The notes under the pieces are model-generated. The model worked only from the letters and a program-made list of their open reading frames with translations. It ran no database searches and was not told where the DNA came from. From the NCBI GenBank assembly GCA_026025075.1, contig JAPEUI010000002.1, positions 186,001 to 250,000 of the forward strand: a stretch of DNA of 64,000 bases. Direction: 5' to 3'. Position 1 is the stretch's first letter. Each line of letters begins with the position of its first letter. Positions 49,955 through 62,916 of this stretch are shown piece by piece. A program made the position numbers and the translations under genes. This DNA comes from Vezdaea acicularis (lineage: Eukaryota).

Positions 49955-52900
49955 ATGGCACCGACACTCTTTCAGTCTGCTTCTATCTTACTCTCTTTAA
50001 TATCTTCCTTCCCTCTCTCGGACGCGCACTCGCACAACCATGGCAAGGCGCACGAACATCTCCATAATCTGCACAAGCGCGACCTAGTCGTCCCAACGAG
50101 CCTGCCCGGCACCTGGACGTCGAGCGGATGCTATACCGACAATGTGGGTGGCGTGCGGACCCTCCAGGGCGCGGCCACCGCCGACAACACCGCCATGACC
50201 GACGAGGCCTGTATTGCCTACTGCGACGGGAAAGGCTTCAACTATGCGGGGACGGAGTACGGCCAGGAATGCTACTGCGGCAATACGCTTTCGTCCGGGT
50301 CCGGCAACGCTCCGGTCGCTGACTGCAACGTTCCGTGTACGGGCAACACATCGGAGGCGTGCGGTGGTGGCAGCAGGTTGAATCTCTTCTGGAACCACCA
50401 GGCTCCTCCTCCGGACCCCGTCACAAACCCCGGTCCCAACGGCTGGACATCTCTGGGATGCTACTCGTGAGTATATCATGTCATGTCATATATTACATTC
50501 TACTTTACATCCATGTACATATGCGCTGACTTTACGCCATCTAATAGCGAGGCAACAAATGGGCGTACTCTTACGAATGGCCAGGCAACCCCAGGCGGTG
50601 GGGGTGCTCTAACCGTAGCACTCTGCACGACCGCCTGCTCGAATGCAGGCTACACTCTTGCCGGTGTTGAGTATGGTGGTGAATGCTGTACGTTGATCCG
50701 TCTCCTCACCGTCTTTGTTGAACCATTCTAATTTAGGGTAGACTGCGGTAATACTTTCGTTGGCGGTGGAGCCCCTGCTACCAGCGGATGCAGCATGACT
50801 TGCAACGGCAACAGCAGTGAATACTGCGGTGGGCCGGGCCACCTGAACGCGTACAGCTTCGGGCCAATGACTTCGAGCTCGACCAGTGGCACCGCCACCA
50901 CCGCGTCCTCCACGAGTGCAAGCACCAGCGCCACCAGCACTGGATCTTCCGGCTGGTCGCTTGTGGGATGCTACACGGACCAAAACCCACGGACTCTCCT
51001 GAACTTCCAGCAGGTCACCGGCGGCTCGGCTGCCATGACCATCGAACTGTGCACGGCCGCATGTAAATCTGGCGGGTACACGCTTGCAGGTCTTGAATAC
51101 TCTGGAGAATGCTATTGCGATAATTCTTACCACAACGGAGGCGGTCCGGCCCCAGATGGCAACGCCCTGTGCAACATGCCTTGCAACGGCAACACCGCTG
51201 AGACCTGCGGCGGTCCGAACCGATTGAGCGTGTACAGCTATGCCGCTCCGGTCGTGGGTCCTTCCTGGTCGTTCACGGGCTGCTACACCGACCAAGCCCC
51301 GCGCTCTCTTCTCAACGGTGGGAATGTCCCGGGTGGTGGGGCGGCCATGACGGTCGAGTTGTGCCAAGCGGCTTGCCACAGTGGCGGATACACTCTCGCT
51401 GGTGTCGAGTACGGTGGAGAGTGCTACTGCGACAACTCCGTCCACAACGGAGGTGGTCCCGCACCCGATGGCAACGCGGGCTGTAATATGCCCTGTAATG
51501 GTAATACAACGGAAACGTGTGGTGGACCCAACCGTCTGGATCTGTATACTTATGGCGGCGGCTCGGGCACACCGACTTCTACTTCGTCGTCCGCAACGTC
51601 AACAGCTACTGGACCTGCCATTGTCAGCTCGATCGGTCAATACAACTTCTTGGGCTGCTACACCGAAGCGACAGGCGCGCGAGCCCTGCAGGGTGCGACT
51701 TTCAATGAACCCGGCATGAGCTTGGAGATCTGTGCTGCTCACTGCGCGACCTTCACTTACTTTGGTGTGGAATATGGAACTGAAGTACGTTTCTTATTCG
51801 CTATGATGTTAGTGGTCTTTTAGACTAACATATAATAGTGCTACTGCGGAAACACGTTGACCACCGGATCCGTTCTTGCAACCAACCAGGCAGACTGCAG
51901 CTTCATCTGCCCCGGTAACCAGAATGAATACTGTGGCGCTGGCAACAGACTCGAGATGTACCAGCTGAACGGCAACTCGACAGTATCGAGCTCAACTACT
52001 AGTTCCACAAGCACTTCCGCTACTCCAACCGGAACGGGCAGCGCAAGCGGTCTCCCAGCCGGCTGGAAATACGCCGGTTGCTACACGGAGGGGGTGAATG
52101 GACGCGCCGTCGCAGCCAACACGCAACCCGACAACAACGCACTTACCATCGAGTCTTGCGTCAACACCTGCATCGGGCTTGGCTACACGGTTGCAGGCAC
52201 CGAGTTCTCCACGCAGTGTTTCTGCGACAACTTCGTCAGCAACGGAGGCGCACTGGTCGCCGATACCGACTGCAATATGGGCTGTGCCGGCAACGCAACT
52301 GAGAAATGTGGTGGTCCCAACAGGGTCAGCGTTTATGCATCAGGCAACTTGACAGTATATGGCGTACCCAAGACACAGACCGATAATCTGCCCGGCTCGT
52401 GGCAATACCAAGGATGTATCACGTAAGTTCACTCTAACCATCTAACCATTTCGATCTTCCATGCTCACAGGACGACTTCAGGGATAATATTAATAATCGA
52501 CGACCACTCGACTGGCAACTCATCTTGACCAATACTAATAATGCGACAACCTGCTTGTCTGCCTGTTCCAAATTTGGCTACATGGCTGGCGGTATGGAGT
52601 ACGGCGATGAATGCTGTAAGTTCTCTGTGCTTTTCAGTCATTTCTCGGCCATTTGTTGACGACCTGCGTAGACTGCGGAGACTCCGCGAATCTCGCCGCT
52701 GTCGGTTCAACCGTGAGACCCGAATCTGAGTGCAACGATCCGTGCTCTGGCAACAGATCAACCATTTGCGGTGGCGGTAATCGTATCTCCTACTACACAT
52801 GGACCGGCACCCCGCTGTACAACTGGGCACAACCTACGGGCTCAGGCATGGGCGCATATCAATTCCTCATTGGCGGTGTCTGCATCCCTCTCATGACATC

Positions 52901-54432
52901 CCCAGCCGTCAACGGCAAGGTCACCTTCGTCGAGAAGTACGGTACTGGCGAGCCCAACTCCACCGGTGCCTACGAGCTTGATCTGGCTTTCATCGACAAC
53001 CCAGCCCAGGCTTGGAGGCCGATGCACGTCAAGACCGACGTCTTCTGCTCAGCTGGTGTCACGCTCCCAGACAGGGCTGGACGACAGATCAACATCGGAG
53101 GCTGGTCCGGCGATTCGACTTTCGGAGTCAGGTTGTACTGGCCTGATGGCTCTCCCGGCAATCCCGGTGTCCGAGACTGGCAAGAGAACGTCGCCGAGCT
53201 CCATCTCCAGACGGGCCGCTGGTACCCCAGTGCTATGGTCATGAGCAACGGATCCATTCTCGTGGTTGGTGGCGAAGAGGGATCAAACGGAGCTCCGGTC
53301 CCGTCCCTCGAGCTTCTCCCGCAAGTGGGACCCATCATGGATCTCGATTTCCTCAGGCAGACGGATCCTTTCAATCTCTATCCCTTCCTCTCGGTCTTGC
53401 CGTCTGGCGGAATTCTGATCATCTACTACAATCAAGCCAGGATCTTGGACCCTGTGACCTTTGCAACTCTCAAGCAACTTCCGACGCTTCCAGGTACTGT
53501 CAATCATCCCGACGGCGGACGTACCTACCCATTGGAAGGCACAGCCGTCCTGCTCCCCCAGCACGCTCCGTACTCTGAACCCCTGACCGTTCTCGTCTGT
53601 GGTGGCTCCACCCCAGGTGACTCCCTCGCCATCGACAACTGCATCTCGACGCAACCCGATGCTGCCGACCCGCAATGGGTCATCGAGCGCATGGTAAGTC
53701 CTCTTCGTCCCCGCTTTCCTCCCACGCCACTGACCTCCCCGTCTCTAGCCCTCCCAGCGCGTCATCTCCTGCATGACCGCCCTGCCCGACGGCACCTACC
53801 TGATCCTAAACGGAGCCCACCACGGCGTCGCCGGCTTCGGCCTGGCGCAAGACCCCAACCTCAACGCCGTCCTCTACGACCCCTCCAAAGACCTCCACTC
53901 CCGCTTCAGCATCATGGCCAACACCTCCGTCGCCCGCCTCTACCACTCCGAAGCCGTCCTCCTCCCCGACGGCCGCGTCCTCGTCTCCGGCTCCGACCCC
54001 CAAGACGGCACCCACCCCGAGGAATACCGCGTCGAGGTTTTCGTCCCGCCCTACCGCCTCAACGGCCTCGCCCCACCCACCTTCTCCATCCAGAATAAAG
54101 ACTGGGCCTACGGCCAGACCGTCACCTTCACCGTCACCAGCTCCCAGGGTAATGGCATCAAGGTCTCGCTCATGGGCGCCGAGACGAGCACCCATGGGAA
54201 TAGTATGGGCACCCGCTCCATCTTCCCGGCCGTCTCCTGCGCCGGCAATACCTGCACCCTCACCGCGCCCCCCGACGCGAAGATTTGCCCCCCCGGCTGG
54301 TTCCAGATGTTCGTCCTCGATGGCCCGACCCCCAGTCATAGCACCTGGGTCCGCATCGGTGGTGATCCCGGCCAGTTGGGCAATTGGCCGCCGTTCAACG
54401 ACTTTGATAAGCCTGGCTTGGGACCTGTTTAG
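49955..54432 (+). CDS. Secreted copper radical oxidase (AA5_1, glyoxal-oxidase-like) with seven N-terminal WSC domains
   Basis: Signal peptide, seven GCY/GCI...C...C...EC.C...CGG WSC modules, and catalytic motifs DVFCSAG, RWYP, RLYHS and STHGN. Six introns. Confidence 0.93.
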
Positions 54433-54741
54433 GTGGCTCTCTGGGGGTTTTTGATGCGGTGGGACATGTGGGGACGAGGGGCAAGTTCCTCATCGGGCTT
54501 ACTTGCTCCCTTTGATAATCGGAGAAATAGAAGTGGGCCTCTTGGGACGTTTCTGCTTTTTGTAGTGTTGAAAGCGCTGTGCTGTGGCTCGTTGGTAATG
54601 GGGCCCGGAGTTGGAAATAAAAAGAAAGAAATATATATATAGTCAACTTTTTTCTTGTGTATAGGGTTAGTAGGTTTGGAAATGAATTAATTGGAATTCG
54701 CATGGATATTTGGACAACAGAGGTTGGCATCGTGATGTGTG

Positions 54742-55080
54742 AAGTCAAGTCAAGTCATCGCGAAAGTGAAAGCAAACTGCGACCATTTTTTGACTGGACT
54801 GGACTGGACTGGAACTACTTTAAAACCCCGTCCCATCCCATCCCATTATCCGGCCCCCTCTTCGTGTAGGAACGAACCTGTTCCAGCCTGACTTCACTTG
54901 CTGTCGCATGTATGCATGGCGGCTCTGCTGCACTCCCACGGCCCCGCTGCGCCCTGCGCTCCGTGCGTGCGGTTCGGTCCGGGATGGGGAAAGGTCGGAG
55001 CTTTCATCTTACTTCACGGCAATGCGACGCCATGCGATGCTCTTACTCTATTTTACTTTACTTTACTTTACTTTACTCTA
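54742..55080. repeat. Cluster of pentanucleotide microsatellites (AAGTC)3, (GACTG)4, (TCCCA)3, (TTTAC)5
   Basis: Read directly at 54742, 54792, 54831 and 55052. Confidence 0.85.
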
Positions 55081-55912
55081 CCTGCCTGATCGCCCGACCG
55101 GATGAATCGCTTTTATTGGCTTATCACCGTAGCCTCCCGCGGGGAAAAGGAGGGGGTGGGGCTCTTGTGATGGCGCGGCCCTGATGGTTTTCGTGCATTG
55201 CGGGTGAAGTGAGATGAGAAGGGGAGTTGCTTCATTCATGTCTTTTTTGGCAATGAATTGGTTTGATTTGTCTGTACACAGTACACTACTCAAGGCTGAC
55301 AGTGCTCATGCGCGGGTTCATGCCGTTGATCTTGGTCGATCATGGTTCTCGCGGGCGGACTGCCGATCTTCGCTTCATGCGGCTCGCATCTGCGAGGAAA
55401 AGGCATTCGCCACCATCTTTTTCCTGACCGACACTCGAAGCCACGACGTTCGTGTCATACTCTGCACAAGGCTGAGCGGCTCCTTGCTGCCTGGCACCCG
55501 GGATTATATGGTGCTACGGCCGAAGCGGCCGCTAAAGCTGGCATGCAACGCCATCTTCATGCATGATATTCAATATGAGCTGAACTTGTTGTCGCCTAAT
55601 CAAGCATGGAGAGGCGCGGCCCCGATCGATCTTCGCTCCATCAGCGGTCTGGGCTTGGGGAAGAGGGAGGGGGAGAAATGAGCGCCGCGCCTCGCTGCAC
55701 CAATGGGGGGTTCTATTGATGCATCTGTGGTGACTCGACGATGCTTATATAGGCAACGCAATATGCGAGACTTCGAGCTTTGTGTAACGTTCCTGTTCAA
55801 GACTGTTCCGTGGCGATTATCATCTTCAGATGACCGTCCTTGAAAAGCTGTCTTCTTACCTCTGTCTTGCTAGAAACATTATGCGATCGATATCGCATAC
55901 TTCTCTTTCGTC

Positions 55913-58036
55913 ATGTTGAACCGCCCCCGCGGCTTCACGTTTCTACGCTTCCTCCTTCTAGCTTTCTTTGCGTATCAAGTGGCGGCTGTTATCACCAACC
56001 CTGACGATCTCAGCTTCGATCAATGCGGTGCGATATTCCAGGACGCCGTGGACCGGCGCGATCCCACAGCGCTCAAGTACCAATACAACGGGACGATCTA
56101 CGGCATCAAGAGCCCCGCCGAGAAATCACAATTTCCGCCCTTCATCACCCTCGAAGGCTGCATTCATTACTGCGGGAGCGATCTCAAGGCTTACAACTGG
56201 TCCGATATTTCAGATACCATCACGACGTGGGTGCTGCCTCTCGCCGGCGGCTTGATCCTCCAGGCGCCGTTCGAGAGCAACCAGCGCCTGTCTACCTTTT
56301 TCATCCTCTGTCGCTGGCTGGGGAGCCCCATCACGTGCTTGATGGCGATGTTCTGGAATATACGGATAACGGGAAGATGTGCTATTTTACTCGATATGGC
56401 TGTGTCTCGAGACCGTCGGGATGGATATGAAAGCATTGGCTTTACAGCATACTTGAAGAGTATGTGGCGGAAACTGTCTGACGAGTTCACGTTGGTGGCT
56501 AGAATAACGGTCGACAGCGCCGAAAAGCCACAGGAGCCCTTGGAAGAGCTTCGCGACGGGCTCTATCTGCTTAGTGTCCTGAACCAGTATGCCTTCCAAC
56601 ATCGCAATCCTACAGAGTTTAAGAGGCTAGTGCTGTTTGCTTTCCTATCCAGCGACAAGGCCCTCAGGGAACGAGACGCGCCTCAGATGGGAAACGGAAA
56701 CGGAAACGGAATGGTTGCCAACCAGCATGTCCAGAACAATTTGCCGCCGCAGCACAGCCAAGCTATCGAGCTTCACGCGAGAGAACGGCCGGTTCACCAG
56801 CTCATCGAAAAGCGTCGCCAGCTTGCAGCATCGGTCCGCCGTAGTCGGAAACACGGCGTCGTGCAAGTCTTGGTCTCAATGTTTTGGTTCCTCGTCGCCC
56901 TCATCTTATCCATCTACAAGGCGTTCGGCCAAGTGGGGATCAATGCCGTCGGACACAACCTTGCTATCGGCCTGCTCATGAGCTGGCTGCCGGTCTTGAT
57001 CTCCACCGCTCTCGTCGATCGCAACCCCACGAACAGCGAATACGTCCAGCGCCGCCTCAACCGGTTCTTGGAGGATGCCGACCTCATCCTCCATGAAGAT
57101 CCAGACGCAATAGATCCTCGGCTCCGACACCCTTTCCTCACCCATTTCTGCGGCCAGGGACGCAAGGCTTGGCACTACGGCGTCACCCATTCCATCCTGC
57201 GGTACCTCGAGCAGAACCTGCCGCACCGACAGCGAGGTCTTATCGAGTGGTACAACGACGGGCGTATCCTCAACGAAGAGACCAGACCGATGGACAACAC
57301 CATCTGGCAGCCCTCCATCTCCGAAGGCGTCCTCAGCCTGCTCGCCTTCGCCAACGTCGTCCTCGCCATCGGCGGCGCCTTCACCATCTCCTACCGCGAG
57401 CCGACCGTCGGCCTCGGCTGCCGCTCCGGCGGCTACATGATCTTCGGCACCATCGCCGTCTTCTCCTTCGTGCTCGAGATGAGCAGCTGGGCCGGCGAAG
57501 GCCTCCTCGAGCGCCGCGCCGCCCTCCACCCCATCACCTCCTCCTCCTCCTCCACCAACACCTACTCCAAACGCTTCTCCTTCCTCCGCCTCTTCATCAC
57601 CCTCGCCGAAGTCACCAACGCCGCCTGGCTCGTCTACATCATCATGGCCCAGACATGGGGCACGTACAACAGCTGCGCCTGCGCCTCCAGCAACTGGGGG
57701 CACGGGCCCTACTACTACCTCTTCTCCAATAGCGGCAACGCCTACATCGACGCCTTCAGCCTCAATACCTGGTGGATCATCGGCACCGTCCTCGGCTCCC
57801 TCCCCCTCCTCACCATCCTCTACATCGTCTACGAATGGTGCGTCCAGAGTTTTCTGTGGACCGAAGACTACGACGCTGCCATGAGGGGCTTGCACCGTGT
57901 GCGTCTCTGGCGCTACTGTTTCTACTGGCGCTGGCCTGGTCGGCTCGCGCGCGCCGCCGCGAATGCCCTCGTTAAAGCCGCGCGGAGGAGTGAGGGCCGT
58001 ACGCTCGTGCCCCCTGGCTTGGGCTGGACCAGGTGA
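55913..58036 (+). CDS. Intronless multi-pass membrane protein of unknown function
   Basis: 707 aa: signal peptide, small Cys-containing ectodomain (ITLEGCIHYCG), about 8-9 hydrophobic helices, and motifs WVLP...LQAPFESN and PTVGLGCRSGGY. Confidence 0.8.
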   Translation: MLNRPRGFTFLRFLLLAFFAYQVAAVITNPDDLSFDQCGAIFQDAVDRRDPTALKYQYNGTIYGIKSPAEKSQFPPFITLEGCIHYCGSDLKAYNWSDISDTITTWVLPLAGGLILQAPFESNQRLSTFFILCRWLGSPITCLMAMFWNIRITGRCAILLDMAVSRDRRDGYESIGFTAYLKSMWRKLSDEFTLVARITVDSAEKPQEPLEELRDGLYLLSVLNQYAFQHRNPTEFKRLVLFAFLSSDKALRERDAPQMGNGNGNGMVANQHVQNNLPPQHSQAIELHARERPVHQLIEKRRQLAASVRRSRKHGVVQVLVSMFWFLVALILSIYKAFGQVGINAVGHNLAIGLLMSWLPVLISTALVDRNPTNSEYVQRRLNRFLEDADLILHEDPDAIDPRLRHPFLTHFCGQGRKAWHYGVTHSILRYLEQNLPHRQRGLIEWYNDGRILNEETRPMDNTIWQPSISEGVLSLLAFANVVLAIGGAFTISYREPTVGLGCRSGGYMIFGTIAVFSFVLEMSSWAGEGLLERRAALHPITSSSSSTNTYSKRFSFLRLFITLAEVTNAAWLVYIIMAQTWGTYNSCACASSNWGHGPYYYLFSNSGNAYIDAFSLNTWWIIGTVLGSLPLLTILYIVYEWCVQSFLWTEDYDAAMRGLHRVRLWRYCFYWRWPGRLARAAANALVKAARRSEGRTLVPPGLGWTR

Positions 58037-58470
58037 CGAGTGAGAATATACCCGGAAGAAAGACTTGGGGGAATGGGCACGGCGGCGTTCTACATGTGGG
58101 GAATGGGGGGTTTTTTCTGTCCTTTTTGCATCGTGCGGTAGCGGCTTTTTTTTTCGCGCGTGGGAATGCGTGATGTTACGATCTACTGGCTGCGATATAC
58201 CCCCTTTCATTTTTTTCCTCTCTTTTCGCGTTCCTGCCGGGGTTTCCTTGGGAGGTGATTTTTTTGCTCTGCGCGTATATCTTCATATCGTAATCGCTTT
58301 TGTCGGAGACCTACCTCTTCTCCACACATCCTCTCGAAAACTAACCTTGTAAATGAATGTTAAATCCATCCTGGAACCCCCATTTATTTTCACTTCTTAT
58401 GAGCCATGCCCCAGAAGTGGGTTCATGTGTTCCACAACTAAATCATAATATCTATTCTGTTCTACGGATC

Positions 58471-60043
58471 CTATTCTCTCGTTCCATCTTCATCCGAAGA
58501 TGTCGCCTCTCCATCTCTTTCCTCAATCATCTGATGATTCAAAAACAGCGCCAATAAGCCCAAATCATAGCCCGCCTTCAAGACTCCCGCAACGACGAAC
58601 GCAACCCAGAAGACATCTCTGCCGGCCAAAACTCCGGTCATGGCAAGGCCGAAGCTCTGGCTGAGCGTCTTGACGACATTGACGACGCCCATGATCACCG
58701 ACCTTTCGTGTGGAAGGACCACGGCGGCGAGGAATGTCGACCGCGGCGCTACGTCCATGGAATTCGTGCAGGATCGCAGGATCAGAAGGGTTGTGGCTAT
58801 GCCGAGCGATGTTGGGACTGGGATTATGGCCAGCATGATTGTGGAGGGGAGGTGCGTATATACCATCGTCTAAGGCACAGAAGTTTAGCATCAAGGCGGG
58901 AGAATGAGAGCACCACCCGAGATTTAAAAGTTTACCTCGATTAAGCCAATTCGCTTTGAGATGGGTAAGGCGATAAGAATGGACGCTGCGGAGGCAAGGC
59001 TTGCTGTGGCGAAGATTACGCCCAGTCCTTCTTCCTGGAGCTGGAATTTTCGACTGAAGAAATAGGTGATCATGGATCTGTCAAACATTCTGAGTTAGCG
59101 CTCAGAATCATCATCAAATCGCCTTTTGCCAATTGAGGTATACCCACCCAAATACTAGGCCTGATGCGATTGAATCCACCATGAAGAGCAAAGACAGCTT
59201 CAAGAGTATGATCATGGACTCTTTCCTTATCGACGGGAATAGTGAGCAGCTCCGACTTGCCATCAGCTCCTCATCCTCTTGCAGTAGTGGAGAACCCTCA
59301 GAGGGCTCCACCGGACCAACCGCTTTCTTGTTTGGGTCTTCAATTTCGCATCTCTTGCTCAAGAACATGGCCAAGCAAGCTCCGATGAGTCCAAGCACGG
59401 CGTAAATCAAAAAGACGACGCGATACGACTTTAAGGCATCCCATTTTTTCCTCGATTGGAGATGCTGTACAATGGTACCGCAAGCTACCGTCCCGAGAGC
59501 TTGACCCACGATTCCAATCAAGTTGTACCAAGCAAAAATATCAGTGCGAATGGCAAAAGGCGTAAGCTGAGTAAGGGTTGACTCTTCTACAGATCGAAAT
59601 GGTCCAATCTCATTTCCACTTTCAGCCATGGCCAATCTATCAGCACGTGCTCTGTTGCTCAATAATCTAAGAATGAATCACCTGGGGCTAATAACTCCGA
59701 CGACTGCTGCCAAAAGGAGTAGCCGGTGGTTCGTACATAATCCGAATACCACCCCGCTGCCAGCCATCAGGATCCCTCCGAGAGCCAGGACCCAACGCCT
59801 TCCAAGCCTGTCCGCTATGAGAGTCAGCAGGAGACTCGTGACAATATCACCAGCTAGGGTTAGACCAAGGAATAGTCCAATTCTCGCATCGGAAAATCCA
59901 AGTTCCGACAGGTACAGGGCGAGAATCAGGGTCGACGCGCTGAACGCAGATAGCCGGACGAATCGCTGGAGCTGCAAGACCTTCGTGTCGCATGTCGAGT
60001 AATAGAGGGGAGCACAACCCAACTCTTGGGAGATTCGACTCAT
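58471..60043 (-). CDS. Major facilitator superfamily transporter
   Basis: MFS motif A-like IADRLGRRWVL, ISP|SGNEIGPFRSVEES, TMVYTHLPS and SMDVAPRSTFLA. Three introns. Confidence 0.9.
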
Positions 60044-60582
60044 GAGGCAATGCCCATGAACTACAGGCACTTCAAATTCCGATCGAGCAGCGATTATAAC
60101 CGCATCTTCAAGTCAATGATCCTGTTGGATATTTCGAGGAGTATCCAATCAGCAAAGGAAGTGTTGAGCATTACAAATGAATATCATATCTCTACAATGA
60201 TAAAAAATAAATTGGGAACCAGGGAGTCGCTCAGGGTCTCGATTTCTGGATACTCCTGCAGGCGATGTGCCTTGTTGTAACCTTGTCGGGCAAAAGTCTT
60301 GGAGTACGTATATCCAGAGGCTGGAAAGTGAGATATATTGTTTCACATTTCGGCACGTTGCCCTCAAGCAACGCATCGATACGTCACAACGGTAGGATTG
60401 GAAACCCTACTCGTGATCATGGAGCTAAATAACTCAATCCGAAAGGAGACGCAACCCTATCTGTTTCAGGAGTCTATGTGCCTTGTAAGGTTCCTTCGCT
60501 ACCCCCGCAACTTCATGTTATTAGTACCCGTTTACCCCAGAATTCGAAAACGCGAGTGATCTGAAGTATCACAACAACCAAA

Positions 60583-62407
60583 ATGGCCAACGCGAAAGAC
60601 TTCGAGCAATTCACCGTCCTGTCCACGTCGGAGGGCAAACACAATGTCTTTGGCGATTACACGGAACACTGTAGCGCCCGCGAAAGATCGACTCCTGTCG
60701 CCTTGAGCGCTTCGATTCGGGCGCACCATCCAGATCTATCGTTGACGATCACGTCCCCTTATACTTGTGATCTTCTCGGCTTTGCCGCAAGCGGTCATGC
60801 CCAATTGGAGCTCGACCAGAGCGATGACTTCCGACTACTCATCCGAGGCTATCAGCCCCCTCCCACTAGGCTGGACGGTGCCGAAGGAGTTCTCACAAGC
60901 AAGTCTCTATTCACGCGATATCGCTATCAGTGGTCCAACCATAATTTTATCATCTACATTATAGAGGGATACAGAGACGGCGCATATATGAGCGCATATC
61001 TCTTTATCCTTCATAAGCCCGAAGGAGAGGAGACTGTTCGCTCCCCGTCTGCTGTTGCGGATAAGCTCGTTCTCGCGGCATCCAAATGGAGTCTGAAGCT
61101 GCATAATGAGGTTTGGATGTTCGACGGATATTGGCAGAAAAGCCGGACGCTCTGGGAAAGTGCTCGGAAGGCAAGTTGGGATGATGTGATCCTCGACCAA
61201 AAGATGAAAGAGGCGGTGATTGACGATGTCGAGGGCTTCTACGATGAGAGGGACGCCTACAAGAAGTTTGCCGTTCCTTGGAAGGTATGTGGCATACGCT
61301 CTCTTTCGTTCCACCATTCCTTCCACAGAGCCCATGGCTCCTTGAGATCTTGATCTCGTTGGCAAGCATTCAAGGACCTATTTCTTACCACTTTGGCAGA
61401 GAGGTATACTGTTCTATGGTCCACCTGGGAATGGAAAAACAATATCAATTAAAGCAATCATGAAATCTTTGTCGGACCGCAAGGATTCCGTCCCAACGCT
61501 CTACGTCAAGACCTTCCAGACGTACGGAGGCCCACAGCGGGGGATCCGAGAGATCTTCTTGAAAGCTCGGGCGACCGCCCCTTGCTTTCTTGTGTTTGAA
61601 GACCTCGATAGCCTGGTGAACGGTGGCGTCAGGAGTTATTTCCTGAACGAGGTCGATGGGTTGGAGAGCAACGAAGGCATCCTCATGTTGGGCAGTACCA
61701 ATCACCGTAAGTTGAGTTTGCTCGTTTCGAGTGGATCAGAACCGAAGCCAGCTGACGGGTTCATCTCTTATAGTGGAACTACTTGATCCCGGCATAGCCA
61801 AGCGCCCGAGCCGCTTTGATCGGAAGTATCTGTACCCTCTTCCCAACAAGGCAGAGAGAGTACAGTATTGCGAGTATTGGAGGTAAGGATTTGACTTTCG
61901 CTAAAAAAATACCATGTGCATCACAACCTCGCTAAAGCCTAGCTCCACCAAATCCCCCCCTTTTCTCTCTCTGCTAACTGCACCCCTACAAACTCTAGAC
62001 AAAAACTCAAGGAGAACCCAGAGCTCGAGTTTCCGAAGCGCCTGTGCGCGAAAATCGCAGCGATCACCGACGACTTCAGCTTCGCATACATGAAAGAAGC
62101 CTTCATCGCCACCCTGATGGCTCTGGTCGCGAGGCGCTCTCGCCTTGGAAATGAGCTTGACGTCGCCGTCGACGACGACCACGACGACCTTGATGACTTG
62201 CCGCTGTGGAAAGAGATCAAGAAACAGATCCAGATTCTGAGAGATGAGATGGAGTCGGAGCGGCCAGAGCTGCAGCCGACTCAGCAGCAGCCGACTCAGC
62301 ACCAGCAGCTGCAGCAGCAGCAGCAAGTCATGTCCATCACGGGAGCCGGCCAAGATTTGGAATGGTGGCGGAATGAGCAGTCAGATGGGAGGGAGCAACC
62401 TGGTTGA
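60583..62407 (+). CDS. AAA+ ATPase with C-terminal Gln-rich tail
   Basis: [14 protein letters not shown] (Walker A), LVFEDLD (Walker B), STNH sensor and [15 protein letters not shown] arginine-finger region. Three introns. Confidence 0.9.
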
Positions 62408-62916
62408 ATGGTGGTTATAACCCGCTATTTACTTTTTACCGCGTTTTCAGAGTCCTTTCACGTTTCAATCTCACCTCAGAAGTGATAAAGGGATGTCTTT
62501 CCTTGCCGCTAAAGTTAGCATTCAAGTCCTTAGTGAAGGCCTTCTGAACGGCCATTTCCCCATCAACGCTTGCAAAAAACGTTTTTGTGAAGACTAGTCT
62601 TGACCCCTTCTTCTCTCTTTTGTTCTCTGGAACCGTTCAGGCAGTTCTTGGAATCTTCTCGATGCTGAGTCGCTGCAAGCAGTCTTGCAATCGCCTGCTT
62701 GGGGAAGGCATCCTTGCACACCAGGATTTCCTAAAGGGTCCAACCCATGTGTTGGCTACAGTGATTCTAGGGACGGTATGTGTCTCTTGACAGGTATCCT
62801 CACGAGTCATTGCCGCTGATCATATTGATAGATTCGTCTTGAACAAACCCTCTTCAGGTCTTGAGTAGTATGTGAACTACCAAAGGCCCAAGGTCGATGG
62901 TAAGGAGGCGGACATC

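Noticed and set aside
56906..58210. 434-aa antisense ORF
   Set aside because: Shadow of the C-ending codon bias in the sense membrane-protein gene.
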